From positions 1 through 34,402 of the forward strand of contig JAUWBP010000001.1 in the NCBI GenBank assembly GCA_030601665.1: a stretch of DNA of 34,402 bases. Direction: 5' to 3'. Under the pieces are notes generated by a model. The model had not been told where the DNA came from. It did no database searches and saw only the letters and a list, made by a program, of their open reading frames with translations. Positions 16,458 through 25,771 of the stretch are shown in pieces (position 1 is the first letter of the stretch; every line of letters begins with the position of its first letter). The DNA comes from Hadesarchaea archaeon. GTDB lineage: Archaea > Hadarchaeota > Hadarchaeia > Hadarchaeales > Hadarchaeaceae. The translations under genes were made by a program, and so were the position numbers.

Positions 16458-17744
16458 TCATTTCTGACCTATTTTTTCGATCCCCATGTATGGTACCAAT
16501 GCGGGCGGAACTAGGATTGAGCCATCTCTCTGCTGATAGTTTTCTAGGATGGATATCAAAACCCGTTCAGTGGCCACTAGTGTGCTATTTATAGTGTGAA
16601 CAAATTTTGAAGGTTCACCTGATTTGTCTCTATATCTTATGTTTGATCTGATGCCTTGGTATGAAGTGCAATTGCTACATGATGCTGCCTCTCGATATTT
16701 TCCCTGACCTGGTAGCCAAGTTTCAAGGTCATATTTTTTCGCCGCTACTGTTCCCAAGTCACCGCTGCAGACGTTTACTATTCTGTAAGGCAACCCGAGT
16801 TTTTGGGATATCTCTTCAGCGTTGGTAATCAATTCCTCGTGCCTCTTCCATGAGTCCTCAGGTTTACAGAAGATGAATTGCTCGACTTTCTCAAACTGAT
16901 GAACCCGAAATATCCCTTTTGTGTCTCTGCCATGTGTTCCGGCCTCCTTCCTAAAACAGGGGCTCACCCCACCATACTTAAGCGGCAAGCTCTTTCCATC
17001 CAGTATTTCATCCATGTGTAATGCCAGCAGCGCGTGTTCAGAAGTAGCAAGCATGTAGAGGTCTTCTCCTTCGATTTTGTAGATGGTATCCTCGAAATCG
17101 GATAGAGCGACTGCCCCCTCGAGTGGTTTCCTTTTTAGCATGTAAGGCGGCTGAAATAGGGCAAACCCTTTTTTTGCAATAAAATCGAGTGCAAATTTTA
17201 TCATGGCATAGTTTAACTGAACAAGTTCACCCTTTAGATAATAGAACCTCGCGCCCGCTACCCTAGCAGCTCGCTCAAGGTCGACTAGATCGAGGTTCAA
17301 TGCGAGATCGATGTGGTCTTTTGGTTTGAAGTCAAATTTAGGTATCTCGCCCCACCTTCTTATTTCAACGTTGTCGTTTTCGTCCTTGCCTACGGGTACT
17401 GACTCGTGCATTAGATTTGGCAGATTGAGGAGTATATGATTAATTGTTTTCCTATAGTCTTGCACTTTTTGTTCGAGACGTTTTATTTTTAACGGGATTT
17501 CTTTCGCTTCTTTAGTTTTCTCCGTTACATCTTTGTTCTCTTTTTTAAGCCTTGCTATTTCCGCGGTGATTTTATTGCGCATTTCCCTCAATTTGTTTGT
17601 TTCTAGTGTCAACTTTCTCCAATTTTTATCGTATTCCAGTAGATCGTCGACCCACTTTACTTTGGCTAGATCTCTCCGCTTGATCAAATCTGCTTTTACG
17701 AGGGCCGGATTTTTGCGCACAAATTTAAGATCGAGCATTACCAA
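16458..17744 (-). CDS. serS: seryl-tRNA synthetase (standard type, archaeal-like)
   Basis: N-terminal coiled-coil arm (LDLKFVRKNPALVKADLIKR...). Class II motifs FRKEAGTHGRDTKGIFRVHQFEKVEQF, GDLGTVAAKKYDLETWLPGQGKYRE, INSTLVATERVLISILENYQ. The gene is ~40-42% G+C. Confidence 0.93.
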   Translation of the reverse strand: MVMLDLKFVRKNPALVKADLIKRRDLAKVKWVDDLLEYDKNWRKLTLETNKLREMRNKITAEIARLKKENKDVTEKTKEAKEIPLKIKRLEQKVQDYRKTINHILLNLPNLMHESVPVGKDENDNVEIRRWGEIPKFDFKPKDHIDLALNLDLVDLERAARVAGARFYYLKGELVQLNYAMIKFALDFIAKKGFALFQPPYMLKRKPLEGAVALSDFEDTIYKIEGEDLYMLATSEHALLALHMDEILDGKSLPLKYGGVSPCFRKEAGTHGRDTKGIFRVHQFEKVEQFIFCKPEDSWKRHEELITNAEEISQKLGLPYRIVNVCSGDLGTVAAKKYDLETWLPGQGKYREAASCSNCTSYQGIRSNIRYRDKSGEPSKFVHTINSTLVATERVLISILENYQQRDGSILVPPALVPYMGIEKIGQK

Positions 17745-17895
17745 ACCTCATTGAATAAATTTACTCCTAATCTAAAAATCTTTGCAACTTCCATTTTAGC
17801 AAAAATTCTACAATCTCTTTTTTTAAAACTAACTATTTAAGTTCGTTGAGAGAGAAGGGCACTGAAAATGGTTTATAATCAATAAAGGTTGGGTT
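17745..17895. promoter_or_regulatory. AT-rich divergent promoter region between serS and rps3ae
   Basis: 151-nt very AT-rich spacer with several TATA-like strings (TTTTTTTAAAAC at ~17817-17828; TTTATAATCAATAAA at ~17870-17884) and GGTTGGG before the rps3ae ATG. Confidence 0.4.
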
Positions 17896-18480
17896 ATGGA
17901 AGAGAAAAAGCGAGCTGTGAAGAGGTCTTGGCGGGAGAAGGGGTGGCACGACATCGTCGCCCCGCCCATGTTTGGCAGCGCCAAGATAGGTGAGACCCTC
18001 GCATCCGACCCGAGCCAGCTCCCCGGGCGGGTCTTTGAGACCACGCTGGGCGACCTCATCGAGGACTTCTCAAAGGCTCACGTCAAGCTGTACTTTCAGG
18101 TAAAGGGCGTCGAGGAGGGTCGCGCTCTCACCAGTTTCATAGGTCACGACATGGCCCGCGATTACATCCGGAGCCAGATCCGACGGCGGGCGACGCGCAT
18201 CAGCGACATCTCGACCGTGACGACCCAGGACGGCCACAGGCTTCGGGTCAGCTCAATCGTCACAACGCTCCGCCGTGTCCAGAGTTCGCAGCTCGAGGCG
18301 ATTCGCAAGGACATGCAGAAGGTGATCAAGGCCCGTGCCGGGGAGCGGACGTTCGACCAGTTCGTGCAGGAGGTCGTGTTGGGAAAGCTCTCGTCTGACA
18401 TCTATAAGGCTGCCAAGCATTACTGCCCGGTGAAGCGGGTCGAGGTCTGGAAGACGAAGGTGCTGGCCGGGCCCACGTAA
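17896..18480 (+). CDS. rps3ae: 30S ribosomal protein S3Ae (eS1)
   Basis: KRSWREKGWHDIVAPPMFGSAKIGETLASDP...FQVKGVEEGRALTSFIGHDMARDYIRSQIRRR is typical S3Ae. Confidence 0.92.
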   Translation: MEEKKRAVKRSWREKGWHDIVAPPMFGSAKIGETLASDPSQLPGRVFETTLGDLIEDFSKAHVKLYFQVKGVEEGRALTSFIGHDMARDYIRSQIRRRATRISDISTVTTQDGHRLRVSSIVTTLRRVQSSQLEAIRKDMQKVIKARAGERTFDQFVQEVVLGKLSSDIYKAAKHYCPVKRVEVWKTKVLAGPT

Positions 18481-18492
18481 TTGGCGATTTTA

Positions 18493-19845
18493 ATGGGCAA
18501 GCTCTTCGGTACCTCGGGCGTTCGAGGCGTTGTAAGTAAGGAGGTAACCCCGGAGCTCGCGCTCGACCTCGGGCTGGCTCTCGCGACCCACCTGGGCGGC
18601 GAGGGCAGTGTCGTCCTTGGCAAGGATCCTCGCACCTCAAGCGACATGCTCGAGAGTTGTTTGATATCGGGCTTGCTCTCTGGGGGCTGCGACGTCAAGC
18701 GCCTCGGCATCGTCCCCACGCCAGCCGTAAGTTTTGCAGTTCGCCGCCTTAACGCAAAAGCCGGCGTTATGATTACGGCATCGCACAACCCGCCCGAGTA
18801 CAATGGAATCAAATTCTGGGGCTCTGATGGGATCGCATACACGCCCGAGCAGGAAGGGGCGATTGAGAGAATTTACTTCGACAAGCGGATGAAGCCCGCC
18901 GCCTGGGATAGGATAGGCAAGGTCGGGGCGGTCGACATCCTGCCGAGCTACATCGACGAGCTCGTGGGTGTCGTCAAGCTGAAGCGGGGTTACAAGGTCG
19001 TGGTCGACTGCGGCAATGGGGCAGGTTCCTTGGTAACGCCCTACTTGCTCCGAAAACTGGGTTGCGAGGTGGTGACCCTGAACTCGCAGCTCGATGGGTT
19101 CTTCCCCGGCCGCGGTCTCGAGCCCTCACCCGAGAACTTGGGGGAGCTCTGCAACGTAGTCAAATCTCTTGGGGCTGACATCGGCCTTGCACACGATGGT
19201 GATGCTGATCGGATAGCCGCGGTCGATGAGAAGGGCAGGGTAGCGGAGCCCGACAAGCTATTGGCGCTGATATCGGCGCACCAGGTGAGGAAAAAAGGCG
19301 ATATCGTGGTGACCACCGTCGATGCTTCAGGTACCGTCGACGAGTACGTTGGTGTGAAAAAAGGCAAGGTGATTCGAACGAAGGTTGGTGATGCCAGCGT
19401 GGCGGCGGAGGTCAGAAAGCGGGGCGCGATTTTCGGTGGAGAGCCATGCGGCGCGTGGATATTTCCGGAAGTCCATCTTGTGCCGGATGGACCGCTCGCT
19501 GCAACCAAAATCCTAGAATTGCTTGACTTGACGGGAAGACAACTTTTTGAGCTACTCGATGAACTCCCTGAGCACCAAACTGTGAGGAAAAAAGTAGCAT
19601 GTTCAAATGAAAAAAAAGCGGCAACGATGAAAGAATTCAAGGAGAGGTTGAGAAAGGAGTTCAAAGGGATTAGCGATGTATTGACCATCGATGGCATCAG
19701 ATTTTCTTTTAGAGATGGTAGCTGGGCCCTCGTCAGACCATCGGGGACGGAGCCCTACATCCGGGTAACCGCTGGAGGAAAAAGGGAAAAAAGTGTGGAA
19801 AAAGTTGCTGGAAAAGCCACTAAGATTTTGAAATCTTTAGTCTAA
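18493..19845 (+). CDS. glmM: phosphoglucosamine mutase / phosphohexomutase
   Basis: MGKLFGTSGVRGV, active-site TASHNPPEYNGIKF, metal loop AHDGDADR, C-terminal RPSGTEPYIRV. The track start (TTG 18481) is an alternative. Confidence 0.88.
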   Translation: MGKLFGTSGVRGVVSKEVTPELALDLGLALATHLGGEGSVVLGKDPRTSSDMLESCLISGLLSGGCDVKRLGIVPTPAVSFAVRRLNAKAGVMITASHNPPEYNGIKFWGSDGIAYTPEQEGAIERIYFDKRMKPAAWDRIGKVGAVDILPSYIDELVGVVKLKRGYKVVVDCGNGAGSLVTPYLLRKLGCEVVTLNSQLDGFFPGRGLEPSPENLGELCNVVKSLGADIGLAHDGDADRIAAVDEKGRVAEPDKLLALISAHQVRKKGDIVVTTVDASGTVDEYVGVKKGKVIRTKVGDASVAAEVRKRGAIFGGEPCGAWIFPEVHLVPDGPLAATKILELLDLTGRQLFELLDELPEHQTVRKKVACSNEKKAATMKEFKERLRKEFKGISDVLTIDGIRFSFRDGSWALVRPSGTEPYIRVTAGGKREKSVEKVAGKATKILKSLV

Positions 19846-19850
19846 GGAAC

Positions 19851-19869
19851 CTTTTTTACGGCATTTTTC
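19851..19869 (+). terminator. oligo-T tracts after glmM
   Basis: CTTTTTTACGGCATTTTT: T6 (19852-19857) and T5 (19864-19868) directly after the TAA stop. Confidence 0.4.
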
Positions 19870-19943
19870 GCGGGAATCAGATATAATACGTACTCACTCC
19901 TGCAGTTTTTATTAGGCTAGCTCCCAACTTTAATTGGGATTAC

Positions 19944-21227
19944 ATGAAGGCGGTTATCCTAGCTGCTGGACTAGGAACGCGAATGCGGCCGTTAACTTTC
20001 ACGAAGCCGAAATTCCTGCTCCCGGTAGCTGGAAAGCCTGCCCTCGATCACGTGCTCCTCCTGCTGAAGAATGTGGGCATCGACGAAATTGCGATGGTTG
20101 TGGGGTACGGAAGGGAGCAGATCGTCGAACGCTACGGCGATGGTTCTAGGCTCGGCGTAAAGTTGCGATATCTCTATCAAAAGAAGTTGCTTGGCACCGC
20201 GAATGCCGTTTCGCTTGTCGAGGACTTCGTCGGTGGGGATAGATTCCTCGTGATGAACGGCGACACCCTCGTTGATCAGGAGTCTTTGGACACACTCCTG
20301 AAGCGCTACGAGGAGGTTGGCTCGAGCAAGGATTTCGGCGGCATCATGGCTACGATTGAGGTCGAGGAGCCAGAGCAGTTCGGGATAGTTTTTCTGAAGG
20401 GAAGAAAGGTCAGCGAGATAGTCGAGAAGCCGAAGCGGATCAAGAGCAGGTTAGCGAATGCTGGCATATACATCTTCGACCCCACGATTTTTGAGTCGAT
20501 CAAGCGAACGAAGAAATCTAAGCGGGGGGAGTACGAGTTGACCACGTCGATGAAAATTTTTATCAACAGCGGCAAGGCGATTTACACCTCACCGCTCAAT
20601 TTATGGGCTGATATCGGCAGGCCCTGGGACCTGTTGGTGGCCAACGAGTATTTCTTGCGGGGGCAGCGCGGCGAGGTCCACGGCGAGGTCGAGGTAGGCG
20701 CTTATATCGAGGATAACGTTTACGTTGGTAAGAGTTCGCGCATTCGCTCGGGCTCCTACATCTTAGGGCCAACCTACATCGGCAAGGATTGCGACATCGG
20801 GCCAAATTGCTTCATTAGGCCGTGTACGAGCATAGGCGACGATGTCAGGATAGGCAACGCGGTGGAGGTGAAGAACAGCATCATCATGGATCATACAAAC
20901 ATCGGGCACCTCTCTTACGTGGGTGACAGCGTCATAGGCAGTAACTGTAACCTCGGGGCGGGGACGACCATCGCGAACCTGCGCTTAGACGAGAAGCCCG
21001 TCAAGATGGAGGTTGGCGGCAGGGTAATTAGCAGCGGCAGGCGAAAGTTGGGCACAATAATCGCCGACAACGTCAGGACCGGCGTCAACTGCACGATAAA
21101 CGTCGGCGTAAAGATAGGTCCGGATTCAGCGGTCGGACCCGGGGCGGTCGTTTACAAGGACGTTTCACCTAACACGATGGTATTCGTGAAGCCCGTCATG
21201 GTGGAAAGAGAGTGGAAACCTGAGTAG
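19944..21227 (+). CDS. bifunctional sugar-1-phosphate nucleotidylyltransferase/acetyltransferase (archaeal GlmU type)
   Basis: N-terminal MKAVILAAGLGTRMRPLTFTKPKFLLPVAGKP. C-terminal left-handed beta-helix hexapeptide repeats (IGPNCFIRPCTSIGDDVRIGNAVEVKNSIIMDHTNIGHLSYVGDSVIGSNCNLGAGT). Adjacent to glmM. Confidence 0.85.
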   Translation: MKAVILAAGLGTRMRPLTFTKPKFLLPVAGKPALDHVLLLLKNVGIDEIAMVVGYGREQIVERYGDGSRLGVKLRYLYQKKLLGTANAVSLVEDFVGGDRFLVMNGDTLVDQESLDTLLKRYEEVGSSKDFGGIMATIEVEEPEQFGIVFLKGRKVSEIVEKPKRIKSRLANAGIYIFDPTIFESIKRTKKSKRGEYELTTSMKIFINSGKAIYTSPLNLWADIGRPWDLLVANEYFLRGQRGEVHGEVEVGAYIEDNVYVGKSSRIRSGSYILGPTYIGKDCDIGPNCFIRPCTSIGDDVRIGNAVEVKNSIIMDHTNIGHLSYVGDSVIGSNCNLGAGTTIANLRLDEKPVKMEVGGRVISSGRRKLGTIIADNVRTGVNCTINVGVKIGPDSAVGPGAVVYKDVSPNTMVFVKPVMVEREWKPE

Positions 21228-21235
21228 GTCTTGAC

Positions 21236-21577
21236 ATGAGCAAGCATACCCGCAAAGAACTTCGGAGGCACTACCCGAACCTAGCTGGAGAATGGGGCGG
21301 GGTAGGGACGGTCAGAATAGACGCTGTGCGGACAAGCCTCAAGGAAGCGGAGAAGGTAGTGCACAGCGTGCAGGGTTACAAGCCCACCATTATCGACTTC
21401 ATCCGACGTTGCGAGAACGACGACCAAGCGCTGGGAATAATTAATTTTCTAGAGGGGCGGGGAGAGATTAAGTCAGGCTATGCTCGGAGGTTGCGCATCC
21501 AATTAGCTGAGCGGGGGCTCCGGAGCTTCGGCAAACGAAGGAAGCCCGGCTGCTATGGGTGCGGCGAGACGGGTTGA
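21236..21577 (+). CDS. small conserved archaeal hypothetical protein (DUF2095-like by recollection)
   Basis: 113 aa. YPNLAGEW...GYKPTIIDFIRRCENDDQALGIINFLEGRGEIKSGYARRLRIQLAERGLRSFGKRRKPG. Native composition. The family assignment is from memory only. Confidence 0.55.
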   Translation: MSKHTRKELRRHYPNLAGEWGGVGTVRIDAVRTSLKEAEKVVHSVQGYKPTIIDFIRRCENDDQALGIINFLEGRGEIKSGYARRLRIQLAERGLRSFGKRRKPGCYGCGETG

Positions 21578-21579
21578 GG

Positions 21580-22782
21580 ATGCTTGAGTTAGGACTCGTC
21601 GGCAAGCCCAATACCGGCAAGACCACTTTTTTCAACGCGGCAACGTTAGCGAACGCCCCTGTTGCAGGCTACCCTTTCACCACCATCGACGCGAACGTGG
21701 GGGTCACCTACGTGCGAAGCCCGTGCCCCTGCCGCGAACTCGAGGTGACGTGCAACCCTCAAAACTCGAAGTGCGTTGATGGGATCAGATATGTGCCTAT
21801 CCGGATGATTGATGTCGCGGGTTTAGTCGAGGGAGCCCACATGGGGCGGGGCTTGGGCAATCGCTTCCTAGACAACCTTCGGATGGCGGGCGCGCTCGTC
21901 CACATCATCGATGCAGCTGGGGCAACCGATGCGGAGGGCAAACCCTGCCCGCCCGGCACCCACGATCCGGTTCAAGACATAGATTTCCTCGAGATTGAAA
22001 TCGCGGCGTGGTTGCGGGGCCTGCTCGTGAAGGACTGGCCCAAGTTCGCGCGAAGGGCGAAGTACGAGGAGCTCGACTTGGTCAAGGAGATAGCCGTGCG
22101 CTTGAGCGGGCTGGGCATAAAGGAAAATCACGTTGCCCAAGCTTTCCAGGAGGCTGGGGTCGATCGCTCGGATCCAGAGAGATGGTCAGACGACGACTTG
22201 CTCCGCTTCGTGGCAGAGGTTCGAAAGGCAAGCAAGCCCATCATGATCGCTGCGAACAAAGCCGATGTGCCGGCGGCCGAGCCGAACATCGAGCGTTTGC
22301 GCCAGCGGGGGTACCTCGTGGTTCCGACCTGCTCCGAGGCCGAGCTCATCCTTCGGCGCGCGAGCGAGAAGGGACTCGTGCAGTACGAGCCAAGCAGCAG
22401 TGGTTTCGAGATCCTCAAGCCGGAATCTCTGAACGAGCAGCAGCGCAAGGCGCTCGAGATGATCCACGTGCTGTTGGAGAAGTGGGGTTCGACGGGTATC
22501 CAGCAGGTGGTGGATAAGGTGATTTATGAGCTCCTGAATCTGATCGTAGTTTACCCCGTCGATGATGAACACAAGCTTACGGACAAGAAGGGCAACGTGC
22601 TCCCCGACGCCTACCTCGTCCCCAAAGGCGCGACCGCTCGCGAGTTCGCGTACCTCATTCACACTGACCTCGGTGAGTCTTTCATCCATGCGATAGACGC
22701 GCGGACGAAGCGGAGGCTTGGTGAGGATTACGCGCTCAAGGGAGGAGATGTGATCAGGATAGTCGCGGCGAAAGGTAGGTGA
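21580..22782 (+). CDS. Obg/YchF(OLA1)-family P-loop GTPase/ATPase with C-terminal TGS-like domain
   Basis: G1 LGLVGKPNTGKTTFFNA, G3 IDVAGLVEGA, G4 AANKADV, C-terminal GDVIRIVAAKG. The GTG at 21559 (track) is an alternative start. Confidence 0.85.
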   Translation: MLELGLVGKPNTGKTTFFNAATLANAPVAGYPFTTIDANVGVTYVRSPCPCRELEVTCNPQNSKCVDGIRYVPIRMIDVAGLVEGAHMGRGLGNRFLDNLRMAGALVHIIDAAGATDAEGKPCPPGTHDPVQDIDFLEIEIAAWLRGLLVKDWPKFARRAKYEELDLVKEIAVRLSGLGIKENHVAQAFQEAGVDRSDPERWSDDDLLRFVAEVRKASKPIMIAANKADVPAAEPNIERLRQRGYLVVPTCSEAELILRRASEKGLVQYEPSSSGFEILKPESLNEQQRKALEMIHVLLEKWGSTGIQQVVDKVIYELLNLIVVYPVDDEHKLTDKKGNVLPDAYLVPKGATAREFAYLIHTDLGESFIHAIDARTKRRLGEDYALKGGDVIRIVAAKGR

Positions 22783-22786
22783 ACGG

Positions 22787-24214
22787 TTGAAAATTGTCCT
22801 CATAAATCCGAACACCGGACGAGCGGAGCGGATAGAGAACGAGGCGGCTTGGCCCCCTCTTGGGTTGCTTTACATCGGGGCCGTGTTGCAAAATGCGGGG
22901 CACGAGATCAAAGTTATCGATAACGCGAGGGTTCAGCTACCGGTCGAGAAAGTCATCGAAAGGGTGAAGCGAGAGGACCCAGGGGTAGTGGGGATAAGCG
23001 CCCTAACTCCAACTTTCAAGCAGGGTGTAAAAATCGCGAGCGCTATCAAGACCGAGACCCCCGATGTGAAAATTGTTGTCGGAAATTATCACGCCACGTT
23101 CACCTACGAAAGGTTGCTGGCGAACTACTCCATCGTCGACTACGTCGTACTGGGCGAAGCTGAGTATACCGTCCTAGAACTCGTCGGCGCGCTGGAAAAG
23201 AAAGGGGAGACAAAAAAGGTGAAAGGGATAGCTTTCAGGCATGATGGCGAGGTCGTCAAAACGCTGCCGAGGCCATTCATTCAAAATCTCGACGAACTCC
23301 CCTTTCCCGATCGAACGCTGTTGGAGCAGGTGTATCATTCCGAGTTAGTGGGAATACTCGGGAGCAGCGGAAAGTTCACCACAGCGCTGACCTCACGGGG
23401 CTGCCCCTACAACTGCAGGTACTGCGCTTGCTCGGCCTTCTCGCAGCGAAAGGTCAGGTTCAGGTCCCCTGAGGCTGTTGTCGCTGAGATGGAGCAGCTG
23501 CAGGGGGAGGGTTACGAGGAAGTTGGATTTGTCGACGATGACCTGCTCTTGGACCGGCACAGGATGGAAAAAATTTGTGACTTGCTGAGGAAGAGGGGAA
23601 TCAAACTCAACCTCTGGGCGGAGGGGCGGGTCGATCAGGCATCGCGCGAGGTGTTGCGCAAGTTCGCACGCGTTGGTTGCAAGACAATTTATTTTGGGGT
23701 GGAGAGTGGTAGCCAGAAGGTTCTAGATTACTACGGGAAAAATATTTCACCGGAACTCAGCCGAAAGGCCATGCTCAACTCCAAGGAGGCGGGCATCGAG
23801 AACGTTATAGGCTCCTTCATCGTTGGCGCGCCTATCGAAACCAGGGAAGATATCAGGCGGACCTTCGATTTCGCCTTAAACCTGAAGGGTATGGACTTCC
23901 CACAGATGAACGTCCTCATGATCTCACCCGGAATGGACCTATGGGACACGGCGGCGCGCGAGGGCCATCTTGACGAAGAAAAATGTTGGAGGGAGGCGTT
24001 CTCGGCAGTCAGCGTTTACCCGTCCTACCTAAAAGAGGAAGAGCTCGGCAGGATGATTGACCGCTTTTACGCGGAGTTCATCAAGCGTCCGACGTTTTTG
24101 GCCCTGCAGCTGTTAAAGACGATGTGCAGCAAGTACCGCTTGAAGATCATCTTGGCGAACCTTAGGGCTAGGACGAGCTTTAGGGCGACCTTTCGACAGC
24201 TCACGGGTGGATGA
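22787..24214 (+). CDS. B12-binding-domain radical SAM protein (class B), function unknown
   Basis: N-terminal Rossmann-like cobalamin-binding region (KIVLINPN...WPPLGLLYIGAVLQNAGHEIKVID...VVGISALT). Radical SAM cluster motif CPYNCRYCAC. TTG start. Confidence 0.8.
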   Translation: MKIVLINPNTGRAERIENEAAWPPLGLLYIGAVLQNAGHEIKVIDNARVQLPVEKVIERVKREDPGVVGISALTPTFKQGVKIASAIKTETPDVKIVVGNYHATFTYERLLANYSIVDYVVLGEAEYTVLELVGALEKKGETKKVKGIAFRHDGEVVKTLPRPFIQNLDELPFPDRTLLEQVYHSELVGILGSSGKFTTALTSRGCPYNCRYCACSAFSQRKVRFRSPEAVVAEMEQLQGEGYEEVGFVDDDLLLDRHRMEKICDLLRKRGIKLNLWAEGRVDQASREVLRKFARVGCKTIYFGVESGSQKVLDYYGKNISPELSRKAMLNSKEAGIENVIGSFIVGAPIETREDIRRTFDFALNLKGMDFPQMNVLMISPGMDLWDTAAREGHLDEEKCWREAFSAVSVYPSYLKEEELGRMIDRFYAEFIKRPTFLALQLLKTMCSKYRLKIILANLRARTSFRATFRQLTGG

Positions 24215-24260
24215 AGCAACCCGCGCAGATATAAGATAGTTTCGCCTAGTTTCTTCAAAC

Positions 24261-25187
24261 GTGTGGGGAATTAACTTGGTAAAAATTTTGGCCGCGGATT
24301 CCATTCACGAGGACGGCGTCAAGGCGTTGCGAGAGTTCGCGGAAGTCGAGGTGGCCACAGGCCTAACGCCAGCCAAGCTGCTTGAGAGGCTTAACAGGTG
24401 CGAGGTGTTGGTGGTGCGAAGTGCGACGAAGGTCACCAAGGAGGTAATTGACGCTGGCGAGCAACTCAAGGTAATTGCTCGAGCCGGGGTGGGGCTTGAT
24501 AACATAGATGTCAAAGCAGCCGATGCGCGAGGGATCAAAGTGCTCAACGCCCCAGAGGCCCCGACCGTCGCAGTGGCGGAACTTGTGCTCGCGCACATGC
24601 TGGCTTGGGCTAGGCATTTGCCCCGCGCGGATTCGGGCATAAAGGCGGGCAAGTGGGAGAAGGCGCAGCTCGTGGGTAGCGAGCTTCGTGGAAAAACCCT
24701 CGGCATCATCGGCACTGGACGCATAGGTCGAGAGGTTGGTTATAAGGCGAAGGCATTTTCGATGAACTTGCTTGCTTATGACACTATACAGAGCCCCGAA
24801 TTTGTCGAGCAAACTGGCGCAAAATACGTTGACCTAGACATGCTTTTCAGAGAATCCGATTTCGTGACGCTGCACTTGCCGTTGGTACCAGAGACCAAAC
24901 ACATGGTGAGTAAGCGAGAGCTCGAGCTGATGAAATCGACAGCGGTATTAATCAACACTTCGCGCGGCGGGGTCGTTGATGAGGGGGCGCTTGCCGAAGC
25001 GCTGCAGACGGGGAAAATCGCCGGGGCCTGCTTGGACGTTTACGAGCGGGAGCCGCCCCGCGACAGCCCGCTGCTTAAGCTGCCGAACGTCGTGCTCACG
25101 CCGCACCTCGGGGCTTCGACGCGCGAGGCGCAGCGAGACGCGGCGATAATCATAGCCCAAAAAATAAAAGAAGCGCTCATCACGTAA
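24261..25187 (+). CDS. D-isomer-specific 2-hydroxyacid dehydrogenase (short 3-phosphoglycerate dehydrogenase-like, no ACT domain)
   Basis: NAD site GIIGTGRIGREVG. Catalytic region INTSRGGVVDE ... LTPHLGASTREAQ. The start could be TTG at 24276 (VKILAADS). Confidence 0.85.
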   Translation: MWGINLVKILAADSIHEDGVKALREFAEVEVATGLTPAKLLERLNRCEVLVVRSATKVTKEVIDAGEQLKVIARAGVGLDNIDVKAADARGIKVLNAPEAPTVAVAELVLAHMLAWARHLPRADSGIKAGKWEKAQLVGSELRGKTLGIIGTGRIGREVGYKAKAFSMNLLAYDTIQSPEFVEQTGAKYVDLDMLFRESDFVTLHLPLVPETKHMVSKRELELMKSTAVLINTSRGGVVDEGALAEALQTGKIAGACLDVYEREPPRDSPLLKLPNVVLTPHLGASTREAQRDAAIIIAQKIKEALIT

Positions 25188-25196
25188 GGTGTTCTG

Positions 25197-25760
25197 ATGT
25201 ACCGATACCTAAGAAAGGGCCAGAGGTCAGCCGAGTTGCGTAAACTTATGCATAGGCGAATGAGGGATTGGCGACGTGGCCCGACAATAGTGCGGGTCGA
25301 GCGCCCAACCAGACTGGACCGCGCTCGGGCGCTGGGCTACAAGGCGAAACAGGGTGTGGTCGTCGTTCGAACGCGGGTGCGGAAGGGCGGACGGCGGAAG
25401 GTGCGCCCTTGGCGGGGGCGAAGGCCGAAGCGCATGGGAGTTCGCAAGCTCGTGCCCAAGAAGAGCATCCAGCTAATTGCGGAGGAGCGGGCAGCTCGGA
25501 AATTCCCAAACTTGGAGGTGCTGAACTCCTACCCACTCGGCTCCGACGGCACCCACGAGTATTTCGAGGTGATCATGCTTGATCCAAACCACCCTGCAAT
25601 TCTGAGCGATCCTCAGTTAGGGTGGGTGGCCGGTGAGGCGCACCGCAAACGGGTTCATCGCGGGTTGACGCGGGCCGGGAGGAAGGCGCGTGGACTACTC
25701 CATAAGGGCAAGGGCACCAAGAAGGCCAAGCCAAGTGTTAGGCCTCGCTGGCGTGGCTGA
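25197..25760 (+). CDS. rpl15e: 50S ribosomal protein L15e
   Basis: [11 protein letters not shown]...[47 protein letters not shown]. Confidence 0.93.
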   Translation: MYRYLRKGQRSAELRKLMHRRMRDWRRGPTIVRVERPTRLDRARALGYKAKQGVVVVRTRVRKGGRRKVRPWRGRRPKRMGVRKLVPKKSIQLIAEERAARKFPNLEVLNSYPLGSDGTHEYFEVIMLDPNHPAILSDPQLGWVAGEAHRKRVHRGLTRAGRKARGLLHKGKGTKKAKPSVRPRWRG

Positions 25761-25771
25761 AGTGATAGCTG

